Notes under the pieces: generated by a model
Databases searched by the model: none
What the model was told of the DNA's origin: nothing
The model's input: the letters and a program-made list of their open reading frames with translations, nothing else
Program-made: the position numbers and the translations under genes
Source of the DNA: Roseburia sp.
Lineage (GTDB): Bacteria > Bacteroidota > Bacteroidia > Bacteroidales > Bacteroidaceae
Length of the DNA: 64,000 nt
Assembly: GCA_023665185.1 (NCBI GenBank)
Contig: JAMPEL010000004.1
Span: 10,489 to 74,488 of the forward strand
Direction: 5' to 3'
In this document: positions 10,024 through 21,917 of the stretch, in pieces
Numbering within the stretch: position 1 is the stretch's first letter
How the letters are laid out: every line of letters begins with the position of its first letter

Positions 10024-10563
10024 TTAGTAATTCTCTGCCTTAATCTGATAATAGGCACGCGCATGTGAACATACTGGACATTTTTCAGGTGCTTCCTTTC
10101 CAATGACTATATGACCGCAGTTGCCACACTGCCAGATACATTCTCCATCTTTAGTGAACACTTTCTTGTCAAGCACATTTTTGAGCAATTTGCGATAACG
10201 CTCCTCATGTTCTTTCTCAATGGCGGCAACACCTTCAAAAAGATCTGCAATATCATCAAACCCTTCCTCGCGGGCTTCCTTAGCCATTCGCGGATACATG
10301 TCACTCCATTCATACTGCTCACCTTCAGCGGCATCGAGCAGATTTGCGGCTGTCTCTTTGACTTTGCCTCCCGACAGAAGCTTAAACCAAATCTTGGCAT
10401 GCTCTTTCTCGTTGTTTGCAGTTTCCTCAAACAAGTTTGCAATTTGAACATATCCGTCCTTTTTAGCCTTGCTTGCATAAAAAGTATATTTGTTCCTTGC
10501 TTTTGACTCACCAATATAAGCCTCCATGAGGTTTGCTTCCGTTTTTGTACCTTTTAGTTTCAT
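10024..10563 (-). CDS. rbr: Rubrerythrin
   Basis: Ferritin-like diiron domain ([35 protein letters not shown]) plus a C-terminal rubredoxin-like CGNCGH...CPVCSH. Confidence 0.9.
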   Translation of the reverse strand: MKLKGTKTEANLMEAYIGESKARNKYTFYASKAKKDGYVQIANLFEETANNEKEHAKIWFKLLSGGKVKETAANLLDAAEGEQYEWSDMYPRMAKEAREEGFDDIADLFEGVAAIEKEHEERYRKLLKNVLDKKVFTKDGECIWQCGNCGHIVIGKEAPEKCPVCSHARAYYQIKAENY

Positions 10564-10580
10564 ACCAACAATGTTTTTGA

Positions 10581-11215
10581 TTATGGTTTATAATTGACTT
10601 TTATTACTAAAACACGCAGCCGCTGATTTTGTTCATTTGTTTTGATTTTAGCAATATGCCAATCACACGGGAACATGATATTAAACGTACCCGGAACAGA
10701 ATTGAAACGCTCAAGCTTAGAGGAGTCAAACGTATATTCATATCTGTCTGGTTTATACTCATTCTTTGGTACAGATGTCTCATGGTCCAAACGTGCAAAC
10801 CCTTCTGTCCCTGACACCACATACATGAAGTCTATTTTCTGAAGATGTGATTCTGAGCCTTTGCCGTTCTTTAAGTCCTGCTCTGAGCACCAATTGTCTC
10901 CATCTTCCACAGAAACAGTCAAATCTGTACCTTCAATAGGAATCCGGCCGGAACAGCCTGCAAATCATTGTTTTCAAGCCATGCAAACAATGCCTTCCAT
11001 TCCTCTGGGTTACGATGATACTGAAGATAAAATTCCACCAGATTCACATTATCTGCGGGAACAGCTTTCGTTAAACCATTTTTCCACTCTCCTTTCTTCA
11101 CCCATTTCTCCGCAACCTTACACATTGCCTTCGGATAGCTGTTCGTATATGACTGTGCCTCCATATTGCCGGAAAAAGCAAGCAACAAGGCTAAAGCTGC
11201 AAAATAAATCTTCAT
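10581..11215 (-). pseudogene. YhcH/YjgK/YiaL (DUF386) family gene split by a frameshift
   Basis: ORFs 10919..11215 and 10581..10922 are consecutive halves. Reading through ccggccgg at 10944-10951 in the other frame gives ...AVPAGRIPIEGTDLTVSVEDGDNW, a continuous YhcH-like sequence. Confidence 0.6.
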
Positions 11216-11238
11216 ACTCTCTATTTTTATTCCATTTT

Positions 11239-12060
11239 CTAATACTGCTCATTCTCATTAGGGAAATCGCAGTTCTTTACGTCCTGTATATAATGTCCTA
11301 TGGCATCAGTCATAACTGTACCTAACTCGGCATAACGACGGAGAAATTTTGGAGAGAATCCCTTTGTCATGCCAAGCATGTCGGCAATGACAAGCACCTG
11401 ACCGTCACATGCGCCTCCGGCACCTATTCCGATAGTAGGAATTGTAAGTTCTTTTGTGACCCTTTCAGCAAGTTTTGCCGGAATCTTTTCCAAGACAATA
11501 CCGAAACATCCCGCATCTTCCAACGCATGTGCGTCGCTGATTAACTTCTCGGCTTCTGCCTCTTCCTTCGCACGCACTGTATATGTTCCGAACTTATTTA
11601 TGCTTTGTGGAGTAAGTCCAAGATGTCCCATAATTGGAATACCTGCATCGAGAATTTTTCTCACGGTATCAATTATCTCCACACCACCTTCCAATTTCAA
11701 GGCATCGCAATGACTTTCTTTCATAATGCGTATCGCATTGGTCACTCCTTCCGTAGGATTTACTTGATACGTACCGAAAGGCATGTCACAGACCACAAGT
11801 GCTCTTTGCGTGGCTCTGACAACCGCCTTCGCATGGTATATCATTTGATCTAATGTGATAGGCAATGTCGTAACATTTCCCGCCATCACATTGGACGCGG
11901 AATCGCCTACAAGAATCACATCCATGCCCGCACCGTCCACAATCTGCGCTGTTGTATAATCATAAGAGGTAAGCATTGCTATCTTCTTGCCTTCCTGCTT
12001 CATTTGTATCAAACGGTGTGTGGTCACCTTTCTTTTGTCTTCGACTAAATATCCTGCCAT
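11239..12060 (-). CDS. panB: 3-methyl-2-oxobutanoate hydroxymethyltransferase
   Basis: [30 protein letters not shown] and full-length PanB-like sequence. Confidence 0.9.
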   Translation of the reverse strand: MAGYLVEDKRKVTTHRLIQMKQEGKKIAMLTSYDYTTAQIVDGAGMDVILVGDSASNVMAGNVTTLPITLDQMIYHAKAVVRATQRALVVCDMPFGTYQVNPTEGVTNAIRIMKESHCDALKLEGGVEIIDTVRKILDAGIPIMGHLGLTPQSINKFGTYTVRAKEEAEAEKLISDAHALEDAGCFGIVLEKIPAKLAERVTKELTIPTIGIGAGGACDGQVLVIADMLGMTKGFSPKFLRRYAELGTVMTDAIGHYIQDVKNCDFPNENEQY

Positions 12061-12083
12061 TTTACCAATCTTATTCAGTTCAT

Positions 12084-12722
12084 TTATAAAAGTTCAACTA
12101 TATCATGGTATGCCAGATTCGTAAAGTCATCGAATATGGCATTACACTTTCCTTCTATCGCCTCACGGGAGTTCGTCGTAGCCAAACCAACTGTGAACAT
12201 TCCGGCACTCATACCGGCTTCCAATCCGGTAAAAGCATCCTCGAAAACCACACATTCATCAATATCGGCTCCAAACACTTTGGCTCCGAGCAAATAACAG
12301 TCTGGATTGGGTTTTGACGCTGCAAACATTTCCGCAGTAAGAATTTTATCAAACATATCCACAAACTCTGGTACAGCCGCACATACACTCTGCATCTTTT
12401 TCTCATTGGAACTTGTGACCACAGCACAACGTACTCCATGCTTTCTTATATCAGCAATGAAATCTTGCGCACCGGGAACAAACTCATATTGCATATTCCT
12501 TTCCCATTCATCAAGTTCACGAGTTATTTCCTGTTGCAACTGCACATCTTGAAAATAACGTTCATATATTTGCGTAAGAGTCGTTCCTTTGATTATCTTA
12601 TCAAAATCCTCTATTTCCGGATGATATTTTCGTCCTATACCTCCCCAAAAAACAGAGTAAAGCTTTTCTGTATCAAAAATCGTTCCGTCAAGATCAAACA
12701 ACGCAACTTTAAAACTACTCAT
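12084..12722 (-). CDS. HAD family hydrolase (beta-phosphoglucomutase-like)
   Basis: Motif [12 protein letters not shown], motif II VVTSS, C-terminal [11 protein letters not shown]. Confidence 0.8.
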   Translation of the reverse strand: MSSFKVALFDLDGTIFDTEKLYSVFWGGIGRKYHPEIEDFDKIIKGTTLTQIYERYFQDVQLQQEITRELDEWERNMQYEFVPGAQDFIADIRKHGVRCAVVTSSNEKKMQSVCAAVPEFVDMFDKILTAEMFAASKPNPDCYLLGAKVFGADIDECVVFEDAFTGLEAGMSAGMFTVGLATTNSREAIEGKCNAIFDDFTNLAYHDIVELL

Positions 12723-12886
12723 AATTCTATTTGTTATTGTTACAGTTGTGCAAAGTAAACGAAAAATATCATTCCCACCAAAATTACAAGCAATAGTTTA
12801 CCACAAAACAAAAGTGGAGAGAAACCATATAGAGAGAAAGCCATACAAAGAAAGGCATGCCCAAAAAGACACACGGAGAAAGACAT

Positions 12887-12934
12887 AAAAAATGTCCGGA
12901 GAATGACAAATGAATATATTTGCCATCCTCCGGA
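12887..12934 (-). terminator. Rho-independent terminator after secA
   Basis: Minus strand has a 17-bp stem, TCCGGAGGATGGCAAAT / ATTTGTCATTCTCCGGA (two G-U pairs), followed by CATTTTTT. Confidence 0.6.
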
Positions 12935-12980
12935 CAATCCTTATGTTGTTTATTCGTGAATAATTACCTTATCACATTAT

Positions 12981-15900
12981 TCAAAACAAGCCCTTTCCAT
13001 GACAGTTCTTGAACTTTTTGCCTGAACCACACGGACATAAATCATTCCGTCCAACCTGCGGACCTTCATTCTGTATCGGTTGACGCGGCTGTTGCTCGCG
13101 AGTGTCTTGAGATGCAGCAGCATTCTGAGCATCATCCTCAAGGTCTCTCTTTGTCTCAGTCAAACGCTGCTGAGGCTTGCGCGGCATTTCTTTTGGTGCC
13201 TGCTGCACTTGCTCCGGCTCCGCAATAGGAATAGAGCAACGCATCAGCACACTGATTGTACCGTTGTTTATGTCGCTCACCATATTATCAAACAATGTAA
13301 CCGACTCAAGTTTGAAAATCAATAGTGGGTCTTTCTGCTCATAACTTGCATTCTGCACAGACTGTTTCAGTTCGTCAAGCGCACGCAAGTTCTCTTTCCA
13401 TGCTTCATCAATAGTATGGAGAAGGATTGCTTTTTCAAAAGCCACAAGTATCGACCGTCCTTCTGTCTCATAAGCTTCCTTCAATGGTATTGAAATCTGA
13501 TATATGCGACGTCCGTCAGTGATTGGCACAATGATATTCTCATACATTTGTCCTTTTGTCTCATACACATCTTTTATGACAGGGAAAGCAACTTGTGCCA
13601 AACGCTCACTACGTGCCTTGAAGTTTGCAATGACCACATCAAAAGCCTCATCTTCCAGCTTCTCTCTAGACTTACTCTCAAAATCCTTCTGTGAGAAAGG
13701 CATTTCCATTGCAAATATCTTCAAGAACTCTTCCTTGCATCCCTCGAAATCATTGTTCTCAATGATATGGACACAACGGTCCCAAATCATATTTGAAATA
13801 TCCATACCTATACGCTGTCCCATAAGCGCATGACGGCGACGCTCGTAAATAACCTTACGCTGTTTGTTCATCACATCGTCATATTCAAGCAGACGCTTAC
13901 GAATACCGAAGTTGTTCTCCTCAACTTTCTTCTGCGCACGCTCAATAGACTTATTAATCATCGGATGCTCAATCATCTCTCCATCCTCAAATCCGAGACG
14001 GTCCATCACCTTCGATATACGGTCGCTTGCAAAAAGACGCATCAATTTATCCTCAAGCGACACATAGAATACAGATGATCCCGGGTCACCTTGACGTCCG
14101 GCACGTCCACGCAACTGGCGGTCTACACGACGGCTCTCATGACGCTCTGTACCAATAATCGCAAGACCTCCGGCAGCCTTCACTTCGTCAGAAAGCTTGA
14201 TATCCGTACCACGTCCTGCCATATTTGTCGCTATTGTAACAATACTGCGCTGACCCGCACGTGCCACAATATCCGCTTCTTTCTGATGAAGTTTCGCATT
14301 AAGCACATTATGCTCTATATGACGCATTGTAAGCATCTTGGAAAGCATCTCCGAAATCTCGACACTTGTAGTTCCGACAAGTACTGGACGTCCTGCCTCT
14401 ACCATCCGTTCAATCTCCTCAATAACAGCCTTGTACTTCTCACGATTCGTCTTATATACACGATCATTGAGGTCCTTACGGGCAATAGGACGGTTCGTTG
14501 GTATTTCCACCACATCCAATTTGTATATATCCCACAACTCGCCTGCCTCTGTTATGGCAGTACCAGTCATACCCGAAAGCTTGTGGTACATTCTGAAATA
14601 GTTCTGCAAAGTAATCGTGGCAAATGTCTGAGTGGCAGCTTCTATCTTCACGCGCTCTTTTGCCTCAACAGCCTGATGCAGTCCGTCGCTCCAACGGCGG
14701 CCATCCATAATACGTCCGGTCTGCTCATCCACAATCTTGACCTCACCGTCCATCACCACATAATCATCATCCTTGATGAACATAGTATATGCTTTCAGAA
14801 GTTGCTGTATAGTATGCACACGCTCACTCTTCAAAGCATAATCCTGCATAAGGGCATCCTTCTTTGCAAGACGTTCCTCGTCAGACAGCACCTCGTTCTC
14901 CAATTCTGAAAGCTGGGAAGCTATGTCAGGAAGCACGAAGAACTGGTCATCGTTCACGATATTCGCAATCAACTGATTACCCTTATCAGTCATATCAACC
15001 GACTTCATTTTCTCGTCAACCACAAAGAACAACGGGTCTGTAGCCTCCGGCATACGACGGTTGTTATTCTCCATGTATATCTCCTCAGTCTTGAGCATAC
15101 CACTCTTTATTCCCGGCTCAGACAAATATTTGATGAGTGCCTTGTTTTTTGGCAATCCTTTGTATGCACGGAAAAGAGAAAGGAATCCTGCCTCAACATC
15201 TTCTTTATTATCCGACTCCACAAGTTTCTTTGCCTCTGCCAAATACTGTGTGGCAAGTTTTCTCTGAGCCTCGACAAGTCGCTCCACAATCGGGCAATAC
15301 TGCTCAAACATCTGGTCATCGCCCTTAGGTACAGGACCAGAAATAATAAGCGGAGTACGCGCATCATCAATCAGCACCGAGTCAACCTCATCCACAATCG
15401 CATAATTATGCCTGCGCTGAACAAGGTCATTCGGATTCATAGCCATATTATCACGCAGATAGTCAAAACCAAACTCATTGTTTGTTCCAAATGTAATATC
15501 CGCCTGATAAGCCCGTCTACGCTCATCTGAATTCGGACGATGCTTGTCGATACAGTCTACTGAAAGCCCGTGGAACATGTAAAGAGGACCCATCCACTCC
15601 GAGTCTCGTTTAGCAAGATAGTCGTTCACCGTTACCACATGCACACCATTGCGTGTCAGTGCGTTAAGGAATACAGGCAGTGTGGCAACAAGAGTCTTAC
15701 CTTCTCCAGTAGCCATTTCCGCAATCTTTCCCTGATGCAGAACCACACCACCAAAGAGCTGCACATCATAATGCACCATGTTCCAAACAGTGTCATTACC
15801 TCCGGCAATCCAGTGATTATGCCAAACAGCCTTGTCGCCTTCTATTGTCACAAAATCGTGTCGGGCAGCAAGCTCACGGTCAAAATCATTTGCTGTGACC

Positions 15901-16289
15901 TCTACTGTCTCGCCCTCTGCAAAACGGCGGGCAGTATCTTTCACTATGGCAAAGACCGTAGGCAACACCTCGTTGAGTCCTTCTTCAAACTTGTCAAGTA
16001 TTTCTTCCTCAATCTTGTCTATAGCATCGAAAATAGGCTGTCTCTGGTCTATCTCCGTTTTCTCAATCTTGGCTGTCAGTTCCTCAACCTTAGCTCTCAG
16101 TTCCTTTACAGAGTCCTGAAGATAAAGTTTTATTTCGTCTGTCTTTGCACGCAATTCGTCATTCGACAACTTCTGGATTTCAGGATACACCTCAAGCACC
16201 TGGTCTACGAACGGTTTGATTTCCTTTATGTCACGCGATGCCTTGTTTCCAAACAGGCTGCTCAACAACTTATTGATATTAAATCCCAT
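12981..16289 (-). CDS. secA: Preprotein translocase ATPase SecA
   Basis: 1102 aa. Walker [29 protein letters not shown], and the C-terminal zinc motif [14 protein letters not shown]. Confidence 0.95.
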   Translation of the reverse strand: MGFNINKLLSSLFGNKASRDIKEIKPFVDQVLEVYPEIQKLSNDELRAKTDEIKLYLQDSVKELRAKVEELTAKIEKTEIDQRQPIFDAIDKIEEEILDKFEEGLNEVLPTVFAIVKDTARRFAEGETVEVTANDFDRELAARHDFVTIEGDKAVWHNHWIAGGNDTVWNMVHYDVQLFGGVVLHQGKIAEMATGEGKTLVATLPVFLNALTRNGVHVVTVNDYLAKRDSEWMGPLYMFHGLSVDCIDKHRPNSDERRRAYQADITFGTNNEFGFDYLRDNMAMNPNDLVQRRHNYAIVDEVDSVLIDDARTPLIISGPVPKGDDQMFEQYCPIVERLVEAQRKLATQYLAEAKKLVESDNKEDVEAGFLSLFRAYKGLPKNKALIKYLSEPGIKSGMLKTEEIYMENNNRRMPEATDPLFFVVDEKMKSVDMTDKGNQLIANIVNDDQFFVLPDIASQLSELENEVLSDEERLAKKDALMQDYALKSERVHTIQQLLKAYTMFIKDDDYVVMDGEVKIVDEQTGRIMDGRRWSDGLHQAVEAKERVKIEAATQTFATITLQNYFRMYHKLSGMTGTAITEAGELWDIYKLDVVEIPTNRPIARKDLNDRVYKTNREKYKAVIEEIERMVEAGRPVLVGTTSVEISEMLSKMLTMRHIEHNVLNAKLHQKEADIVARAGQRSIVTIATNMAGRGTDIKLSDEVKAAGGLAIIGTERHESRRVDRQLRGRAGRQGDPGSSVFYVSLEDKLMRLFASDRISKVMDRLGFEDGEMIEHPMINKSIERAQKKVEENNFGIRKRLLEYDDVMNKQRKVIYERRRHALMGQRIGMDISNMIWDRCVHIIENNDFEGCKEEFLKIFAMEMPFSQKDFESKSREKLEDEAFDVVIANFKARSERLAQVAFPVIKDVYETKGQMYENIIVPITDGRRIYQISIPLKEAYETEGRSILVAFEKAILLHTIDEAWKENLRALDELKQSVQNASYEQKDPLLIFKLESVTLFDNMVSDINNGTISVLMRCSIPIAEPEQVQQAPKEMPRKPQQRLTETKRDLEDDAQNAAASQDTREQQPRQPIQNEGPQVGRNDLCPCGSGKKFKNCHGKGLF

Positions 16290-16371
16290 ATATAATTTTT
16301 TTTATTTCTAATTTATAAATTCCGTGTAGGCTTGACTATTCAAGCCCCATCTCTCACAATCTGCCACGTTC

Positions 16372-17949
16372 TTAATAGCTAAGAAACAATGGGGCTGTCG
16401 AACAGGCATTCGGTGCTCTTATGCGCATGAAATGCGCTACCGTAGGAGCAATGCAATCTACAGTGACTGGCTGTTGCACTATCTCCGGCTGAATGCCACA
16501 ACCAAAAAATATTAGGGGAAACTCCAAATATGAGTCACGTTGCATACGACTGGTCGCATTGTCTTCATTCACAAGATTCCAGCCCGGCGCAACCTGTATG
16601 AAGATGTCCCCGGAACATTTCGGATTATAGCTGTTGCGTATGCGATTTATGCCAGGAGTCCATGCTCCCTGTGTCAAGCGTCTTGATGTATACACATCAC
16701 GCACACCGCTGAACTGGAACAGAAAGTCTTCACAACGTTCCAATATCTCAGCCAGATTCAGCTGCTTTTCCTCAATAAGTTTATGATTAAGGTATAATTC
16801 ATGTCCAAAATACGACTCCACATACTGTCCTTGCCCGTATATAGCCATAAGATAAATATTGAGCAGGGCAGCGCATCGGTTTATCTCAAAGTCACCTGTA
16901 GGAATTCGATATTTCTCAAGTCCGATATTCTCAGGAGTATCGTCATATCCTGTTGAAGTGACAAATATCAAAGTATTTGTAAGTCCTACAGTCTTGTCTA
17001 TCTCATTAAGCAATGCGGCAATCTCCGCATCCAGACGTGCATAGGTGTCCTGAAGTTCTGCCGCACATTCTGATATGGGCTTGTCGCCAAATGTTCCGGC
17101 ATAATAACACACAGACACCATATCTGTAATATCATCCGAACCCACATACCCGTTACGCAGACATGAGCGCACAGCGTTGGTCACTTCCTCGTTCACAAGC
17201 GCGCTGTTCTTAAACTTACGATAGCGTTTGTCGCCTGTAAACGTATGGCTGAACGATTTCTTGTCGCATGCAAAATAATAGTTGTATTTCCCTATCGCAT
17301 CATTGGCAGGTTTCCATGTCAACGAGGATATTTTATGAGAAACAGAGGTAGAGCTTAGGTATTTCACCCATGAAGGAGTGGCACCATAATATGTGGTTCC
17401 TGCCCATTGTCCCGTATTGTCGTCAATCCACAATGCCCAGTCCGCCACATGTCCGGCAGAAAGAACAGCCATTTCCCTATTTGGGGCAATGGCATATACC
17501 ATAGCCTTTCCGTCTGTCGCCACTTTAAGCTCATCGCCTATAGTGGAAACCTGAAGGTTCTTGGGCGACGAGCAGTCTGATGTCTCCACTCCGACGCATC
17601 TGAAATCGTTCACACAATACATCGGGCGCATAGTGGGACGGTCCATCCATTCCTCTGCTACAATGCCATGATTATATGGAACAGTACCGGTAAAGAGTGA
17701 AGCCACAGACGAGGCCCTGTCCACACTTGCCATTGGATACTGTGCATTGGAATACAGTTTTCCTTCTCTCAACAGACGCTTGAACCCATCCTCGCCATAT
17801 AGAGGAGCAAAAGCATCCATATAATCTGTCCGCAACTTGTCAATAGTAATTCCTATGACAAGACGAGGCACAGACACACGTGTAGTCTGTGCAAGGACAT
17901 TGGCTGCCGTCACAGACATAATGAATGCCGTTATCAGTTGTTTGTTCAT
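16372..17949 (-). CDS. Alkaline phosphatase / nucleotide pyrophosphatase family protein (secreted)
   Basis: Signal peptide. ITIDKLRTDY ... FTGTVPYNHGIV pattern of type I phosphodiesterase/AP-superfamily enzymes. Confidence 0.7.
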   Translation of the reverse strand: MNKQLITAFIMSVTAANVLAQTTRVSVPRLVIGITIDKLRTDYMDAFAPLYGEDGFKRLLREGKLYSNAQYPMASVDRASSVASLFTGTVPYNHGIVAEEWMDRPTMRPMYCVNDFRCVGVETSDCSSPKNLQVSTIGDELKVATDGKAMVYAIAPNREMAVLSAGHVADWALWIDDNTGQWAGTTYYGATPSWVKYLSSTSVSHKISSLTWKPANDAIGKYNYYFACDKKSFSHTFTGDKRYRKFKNSALVNEEVTNAVRSCLRNGYVGSDDITDMVSVCYYAGTFGDKPISECAAELQDTYARLDAEIAALLNEIDKTVGLTNTLIFVTSTGYDDTPENIGLEKYRIPTGDFEINRCAALLNIYLMAIYGQGQYVESYFGHELYLNHKLIEEKQLNLAEILERCEDFLFQFSGVRDVYTSRRLTQGAWTPGINRIRNSYNPKCSGDIFIQVAPGWNLVNEDNATSRMQRDSYLEFPLIFFGCGIQPEIVQQPVTVDCIAPTVAHFMRIRAPNACSTAPLFLSY

Positions 17950-18030
17950 CTGTTGCTGTATATAGTTTTCATCGTTTATTTATAACGTCTCTTTTCTGAC
18001 ACTTCAATCGCAGGCTTGTCCATACCGGAA

Positions 18031-19254
18031 CTACCGCTTACGAGCAAATAACAATTTCATCTTGCTTTTGTTTTCTTGCCTCACAAAGACATTTACTGCT
18101 GAACGTAGCAGCAAAGTACATACCAAAGGTATCACCGCCACGTTAAAACTCTGTGGAAGGCAGGGCATTGCCGCCACAAAGAAGAGTTGCACTGCCATGT
18201 TGGCAATATATATGACATCAGGTTTCTTGTGCATGGCTTTTGCCACCATGAACGGAAGCCAAAGGAGAGGCAAAGGATTGAAGAGGATTACAAGCCAGTT
18301 CGTCCCCACTGCCGGATGCTCAGAAAAGAAGAACAGAAAGGCTACAACCACACCTGCTCCGCCTTGCAAAAGCAGGAGCAAAGTGTCGAATACCCACAAC
18401 ACACGTTTCTTTTTCATTTCATACACACTAAGTACCAATGCCAGCACGAGCAAAGACACAAACACATTTATCGGTGTCAAAACTGTATCAAACAACCCTT
18501 GTACCTCTTTTTCTGTCTCCACCACTTCCTTCAACAGTTCACTTTTTTCTGCCACCAACGGCACTCTGCCACCATCATTCCTAAGGATATAAGCAGAATC
18601 CGCGTCATTCATATAATAAGAAGGGATGAACATTTGTTTCCTCCTGTCAATCACAGAATCAATCTCATCGCCAAGTACCAAATCAATTCCAAATTCCAGC
18701 CACGGACTGCATGAGGTAAACTCCGTCAGAATTTGCCTAAACGTCAGCGGACGGTCTTTTATATCATATACCACCCTGCCGCTCACAGCTGACTCTATAA
18801 TATCACGCGCCCGAGTCGTGCAATTGTCATACAGGAAATTATATCTGTACACCCTGTTTTCCGGCAGATAATTAACAAGAATCGCATGGTATAAAGCAAC
18901 AGACTCATCTGCGTCAAGATTAAGAAGTTGCTCCGTAACACCCTCTCCTCTGAGGCCATAACGCATCAAGAAGAGCTGGGTATATTCAGCCCCCAGCTCA
19001 TAATCCGTTTCTCCCTTCACAAAGCGATAAATAAAATTTTCTGCCTTGTAATTGAACATGCCATAATTAAAAACCACATCCTCACCGGTATGCATATTTC
19101 TCACTCGTATTGCAGAATGGCCGAAATGAGCATAGGCATCACTTCCTGGAGTACAGGTCAGCAGAGATATATGTAAAGAGTCAACCTGCCCATTCACTTT
19201 CATAAATGGGACAAGGAAGAGGAGGAACATATATATCAAATATTTTTTCATCAC
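18031..19254 (-). CDS. DUF4105 (Lnb N-terminal) domain membrane protein
   Basis: SLLTCTPGSDAYAHFGHSAIRV motif followed by a multi-span hydrophobic C-terminal half. Confidence 0.7.
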   Translation of the reverse strand: MMKKYLIYMFLLFLVPFMKVNGQVDSLHISLLTCTPGSDAYAHFGHSAIRVRNMHTGEDVVFNYGMFNYKAENFIYRFVKGETDYELGAEYTQLFLMRYGLRGEGVTEQLLNLDADESVALYHAILVNYLPENRVYRYNFLYDNCTTRARDIIESAVSGRVVYDIKDRPLTFRQILTEFTSCSPWLEFGIDLVLGDEIDSVIDRRKQMFIPSYYMNDADSAYILRNDGGRVPLVAEKSELLKEVVETEKEVQGLFDTVLTPINVFVSLLVLALVLSVYEMKKKRVLWVFDTLLLLLQGGAGVVVAFLFFFSEHPAVGTNWLVILFNPLPLLWLPFMVAKAMHKKPDVIYIANMAVQLFFVAAMPCLPQSFNVAVIPLVCTLLLRSAVNVFVRQENKSKMKLLFARKR

Positions 19255-19273
19255 TACAGTTCTTTACATTTTG

Positions 19274-19281
19274 CAAAGATA
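19274..19281 (-). promoter_or_regulatory. Putative -7 box (TATCTTTG) upstream of the DUF4105 gene
   Basis: Minus-strand TATCTTTG sits 20 nt upstream of ATG 19254. Confidence 0.4.
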
Positions 19282-19871
19282 ATGTAAAAAATGGAATATT
19301 CAGAAATTATCACTGAATTTTATAATATGAGTTTGGGACAAGAGTTTGGAAAATTGCCCATTCCTGATGAAGAAAAGAAACACCGCAACAGCAAAGGCTT
19401 TCTGAGAGATTAAGAAACAATCTTGGGTTTTATCCGAAATTTACTGTGTACAATCTGAATGGACGCAGTTCAAGCAATCACTTCGGCTGAGTTTAAGTCT
19501 AAGGGAATGCCCGCAACTCACCAGAAACATCCCCGCTATTCCACAAATACGATAAGACGGAAATCTAAAGCCACTTCCTCTCTGCCAAATTCTCAAAACC
19601 ACAATGCGGTTTGAAGAATCTTGCGTGCAAGAACTTAGTCTTCACCAACACCTTATTTAAAAGCATCACGAAGAATTTTCCACTTTTTTATTAGCCTTTT
19701 CCAGAAGAATTTTCGTAATTTTGTCTGCGACGAGCATGATGAGCATTATTTGCGACAACTTCATAAATCCACATTATAGAAGCGCGGAAATACACAACCC
19801 CGCAGACGGCAACAATTTACAATTCAAGAATAAAACAAATATTCTAACATTAATATAAATATAGTAAGACA

Positions 19872-20549
19872 ATGAAACGTATAACAATTTCTTTATTGTT
19901 GATACTTGTCACATCCACACTGTGTATGGGACAGTATCGCAAGTCGGTATCTATTCTCGGAGACTCCTACTCCACTTTTGAAGGCTACCTGCAACCGGAC
20001 ACCAACAGGGTGTGGTATTGGAAACAACCAAAGAAGACAGATGTAAACAGTGTCACCCAAACATGGTGGCACAAATTCATCAGCCGCAACGGGTATAAAC
20101 TGTGCGTAAACAACTCTTTCTCAGGAGCGACTATATGCCATACAGGATACAGAAAGGAAGACTATAGCGACCGTTCTTTCATCACCCGCATGAACAACCT
20201 CGGTTGTCCGGACATCATATTCATTTTCGGTGCCACCAACGATTCGTGGGCGAATGTTCCAATGGGTGAGTATAAATATGAGAACTGGACGAAAGAAGAA
20301 CTGTATCAGTTCCGCCCTGCTATGGCATACATGCTGGCAGACATGATAGAACGCTATCCGAATGTAGAACTGCACTTTATCCTAAACAATGAGCTGAGCG
20401 ACAAAATCACAGAGTCGGTGAAAGCTGTATGCGTACACTATGGTGTAGACTGCATTGAGCTTAAGGACATAGACAAGCAGAACGGACACCCTTCCATCAA
20501 AGGAATGGAGCAGATAGCAGAACAAATCGAACAACACCTAAAGATGTAA
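19872..20549 (+). CDS. SGNH/GDSL hydrolase family protein (secreted)
   Basis: Signal peptide, block I ILGDSYST, C-terminal DxxH-like NGHPS. Confidence 0.7.
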   Translation: MKRITISLLLILVTSTLCMGQYRKSVSILGDSYSTFEGYLQPDTNRVWYWKQPKKTDVNSVTQTWWHKFISRNGYKLCVNNSFSGATICHTGYRKEDYSDRSFITRMNNLGCPDIIFIFGATNDSWANVPMGEYKYENWTKEELYQFRPAMAYMLADMIERYPNVELHFILNNELSDKITESVKAVCVHYGVDCIELKDIDKQNGHPSIKGMEQIAEQIEQHLKM

Positions 20550-20596
20550 CAGACCACTTATTTAGGAAGCAAGCTTGAAGAAAAAGGATATATAAT

Positions 20597-20632
20597 ACGT
20601 AGGGAAATCAATTTTTCCTACGTATTTTTTTT
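20597..20632 (+). terminator. Rho-independent terminator after the SGNH hydrolase gene
   Basis: Stem acgtagggaaa / tttttcctacgt (11 bp) followed by a T8 run. Confidence 0.7.
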
Positions 20633-20651
20633 ACATTCCAATGTAAATCGC

Positions 20652-20659
20652 TAATTTTG
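20652..20659 (+). promoter_or_regulatory. Putative -7 box (TAATTTTG) upstream of tRNA-Leu
   Basis: TAnnTTTG match ends 21 nt before the tRNA 5' end. Confidence 0.45.
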
Positions 20660-20679
20660 CACCCGAATTAACCAGAGCT

Positions 20680-20763
20680 GCCCGAATGGTGGAATGGTAG
20701 ACACGAGGGACTTAAAATCCCTTGGCCATTATGGCTGTGCGGGTTCGAGTCCCGCTTCGGGTA
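20680..20763 (+). tRNA. tRNA-Leu (anticodon TAA)
   Basis: Cloverleaf read by hand: acceptor GCCCGAA/TTCGGGT, anticodon arm AGGGA-CTTAAAA-TCCCT, long variable arm, T arm GCGGG-TTCGAGT-CCCGC. No encoded CCA. Confidence 0.9.
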
Positions 20764-20766
20764 CGG

Positions 20767-20803
20767 AATTGGAGAGTTTCATCACGAGACTCTCCAATTT
20801 TTT
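20767..20803 (+). terminator. Rho-independent terminator after tRNA-Leu
   Basis: 10-bp stem aattggagag / ctctccaatt followed by tttttt. Confidence 0.7.
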
Positions 20804-20933
20804 ATTGCCCCGCAACTCTTGTGCCCAAAGACCGGGCAAAGAATGCGCAGCGCATCATGCCGGTTCTATATTAATATGTAGAATCCGGACGAGCAAAACC
20901 TCCTTATATTACATTCATTACAAACTCCCTCCC

Positions 20934-21917
20934 ATGAGATTCTACAGCAAACAGGAAGCCATAAAGCGCATGAACAATCTGGCGGCAGCAGGCAAAGAGT
21001 TCGTTTTCATCATCGACTATAAGCAGCAACGAACAGTAGTGGAAGAAAAAGCAAACATAGACGAGACATGGTGCAGATATGAGTTCAGAGGAAAAGGAAA
21101 CTACCCGACACAGCACAACAAACCGGACAAAAACATTATATGGAACGCAGCACCTCCCACATTCAACGATTATTGCCGCTCATTCAATATTGTGAAAAGA
21201 AATATTATGAACGGCAACAGCTATCTGACCAATCTCACATGCAAAGTCCCCATCGAAACCAACCTTACACTTGAAGAAATTTTCCGCTGTTCGGATGCCC
21301 CATATAAATTATGGTTGAAAGACTGTTTCGTATGCTTCTCTCCTGAAACATTCATACGAATCAGGCATGGAAAAATAAGCTCCTACCCGATGAAAGGCAC
21401 TATCAACGGAGCATGTCCGGAGGCATACAGACTGTTGATGGAAGACAAAAAGGAGGCAGCTGAACATGCCACTATTGTCGACTTGATACGCAATGATTTA
21501 AGTATGGCAGCAAGCGGAGTGACCGTCGGCCGATACCGCTATTGTGAGAGACTGGACACGCATAAGGGACCGATACTTCAAACAAGTTCGGAAATCACAG
21601 GTATATTGCCGAAAGACTACCGGTCGCACATCGGAAATATCATTTTCAGCCAACTTCCGGCAGGCTCCATCACAGGTGCCCCTAAAGCCCGGACATGCAA
21701 AATCATTGCCGAAGCGGAGAAATATGAGCGCGGATTCTACACCGGTGTGGCGGGAATATACGACGGAAACAACCTTGACAGCGCGGTAATGATACGTTTC
21801 ATAGAGCAAGAAGACGGCAAGCTGTTCTACAAGGCCGGAGGCGGCATTACCTCGCAAAGCCGTGCAGAAAACGAATACCACGAAATGATTCAAAAAATAT
21901 ATGTGCCAATTTATTGA
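20934..21917 (+). CDS. pabB: Aminodeoxychorismate synthase component I (chorismate-binding enzyme)
   Basis: Start moved to ATG 20934, because the ORF-track start at 20694 lies inside the tRNA-Leu. Motifs LPAGSITGAPK, ERGFYTGVAGI, AGGGITSQS. Overlaps the downstream ADC lyase-like gene. Confidence 0.75.
   Translation: MRFYSKQEAIKRMNNLAAAGKEFVFIIDYKQQRTVVEEKANIDETWCRYEFRGKGNYPTQHNKPDKNIIWNAAPPTFNDYCRSFNIVKRNIMNGNSYLTNLTCKVPIETNLTLEEIFRCSDAPYKLWLKDCFVCFSPETFIRIRHGKISSYPMKGTINGACPEAYRLLMEDKKEAAEHATIVDLIRNDLSMAASGVTVGRYRYCERLDTHKGPILQTSSEITGILPKDYRSHIGNIIFSQLPAGSITGAPKARTCKIIAEAEKYERGFYTGVAGIYDGNNLDSAVMIRFIEQEDGKLFYKAGGGITSQSRAENEYHEMIQKIYVPIY

Noticed and set aside
12740-12937. 65-aa hydrophobic minus-strand ORF downstream of secA
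   Set aside because: It overlaps the secA terminator hairpin. It has no start context and a low-complexity hydrophobic translation.
14091-16295. Plus-strand ORFs of 272 aa and 241 aa inside secA
   Set aside because: Both are antisense to secA, whose motifs are unambiguous. Typical long shadow frames of a large gene.
20694-20933. N-terminal 80 codons of ORF 20694..21917
   Set aside because: This part overlaps tRNA-Leu and its terminator. The PabB-like similarity only begins at Met 81 (ATG 20934).
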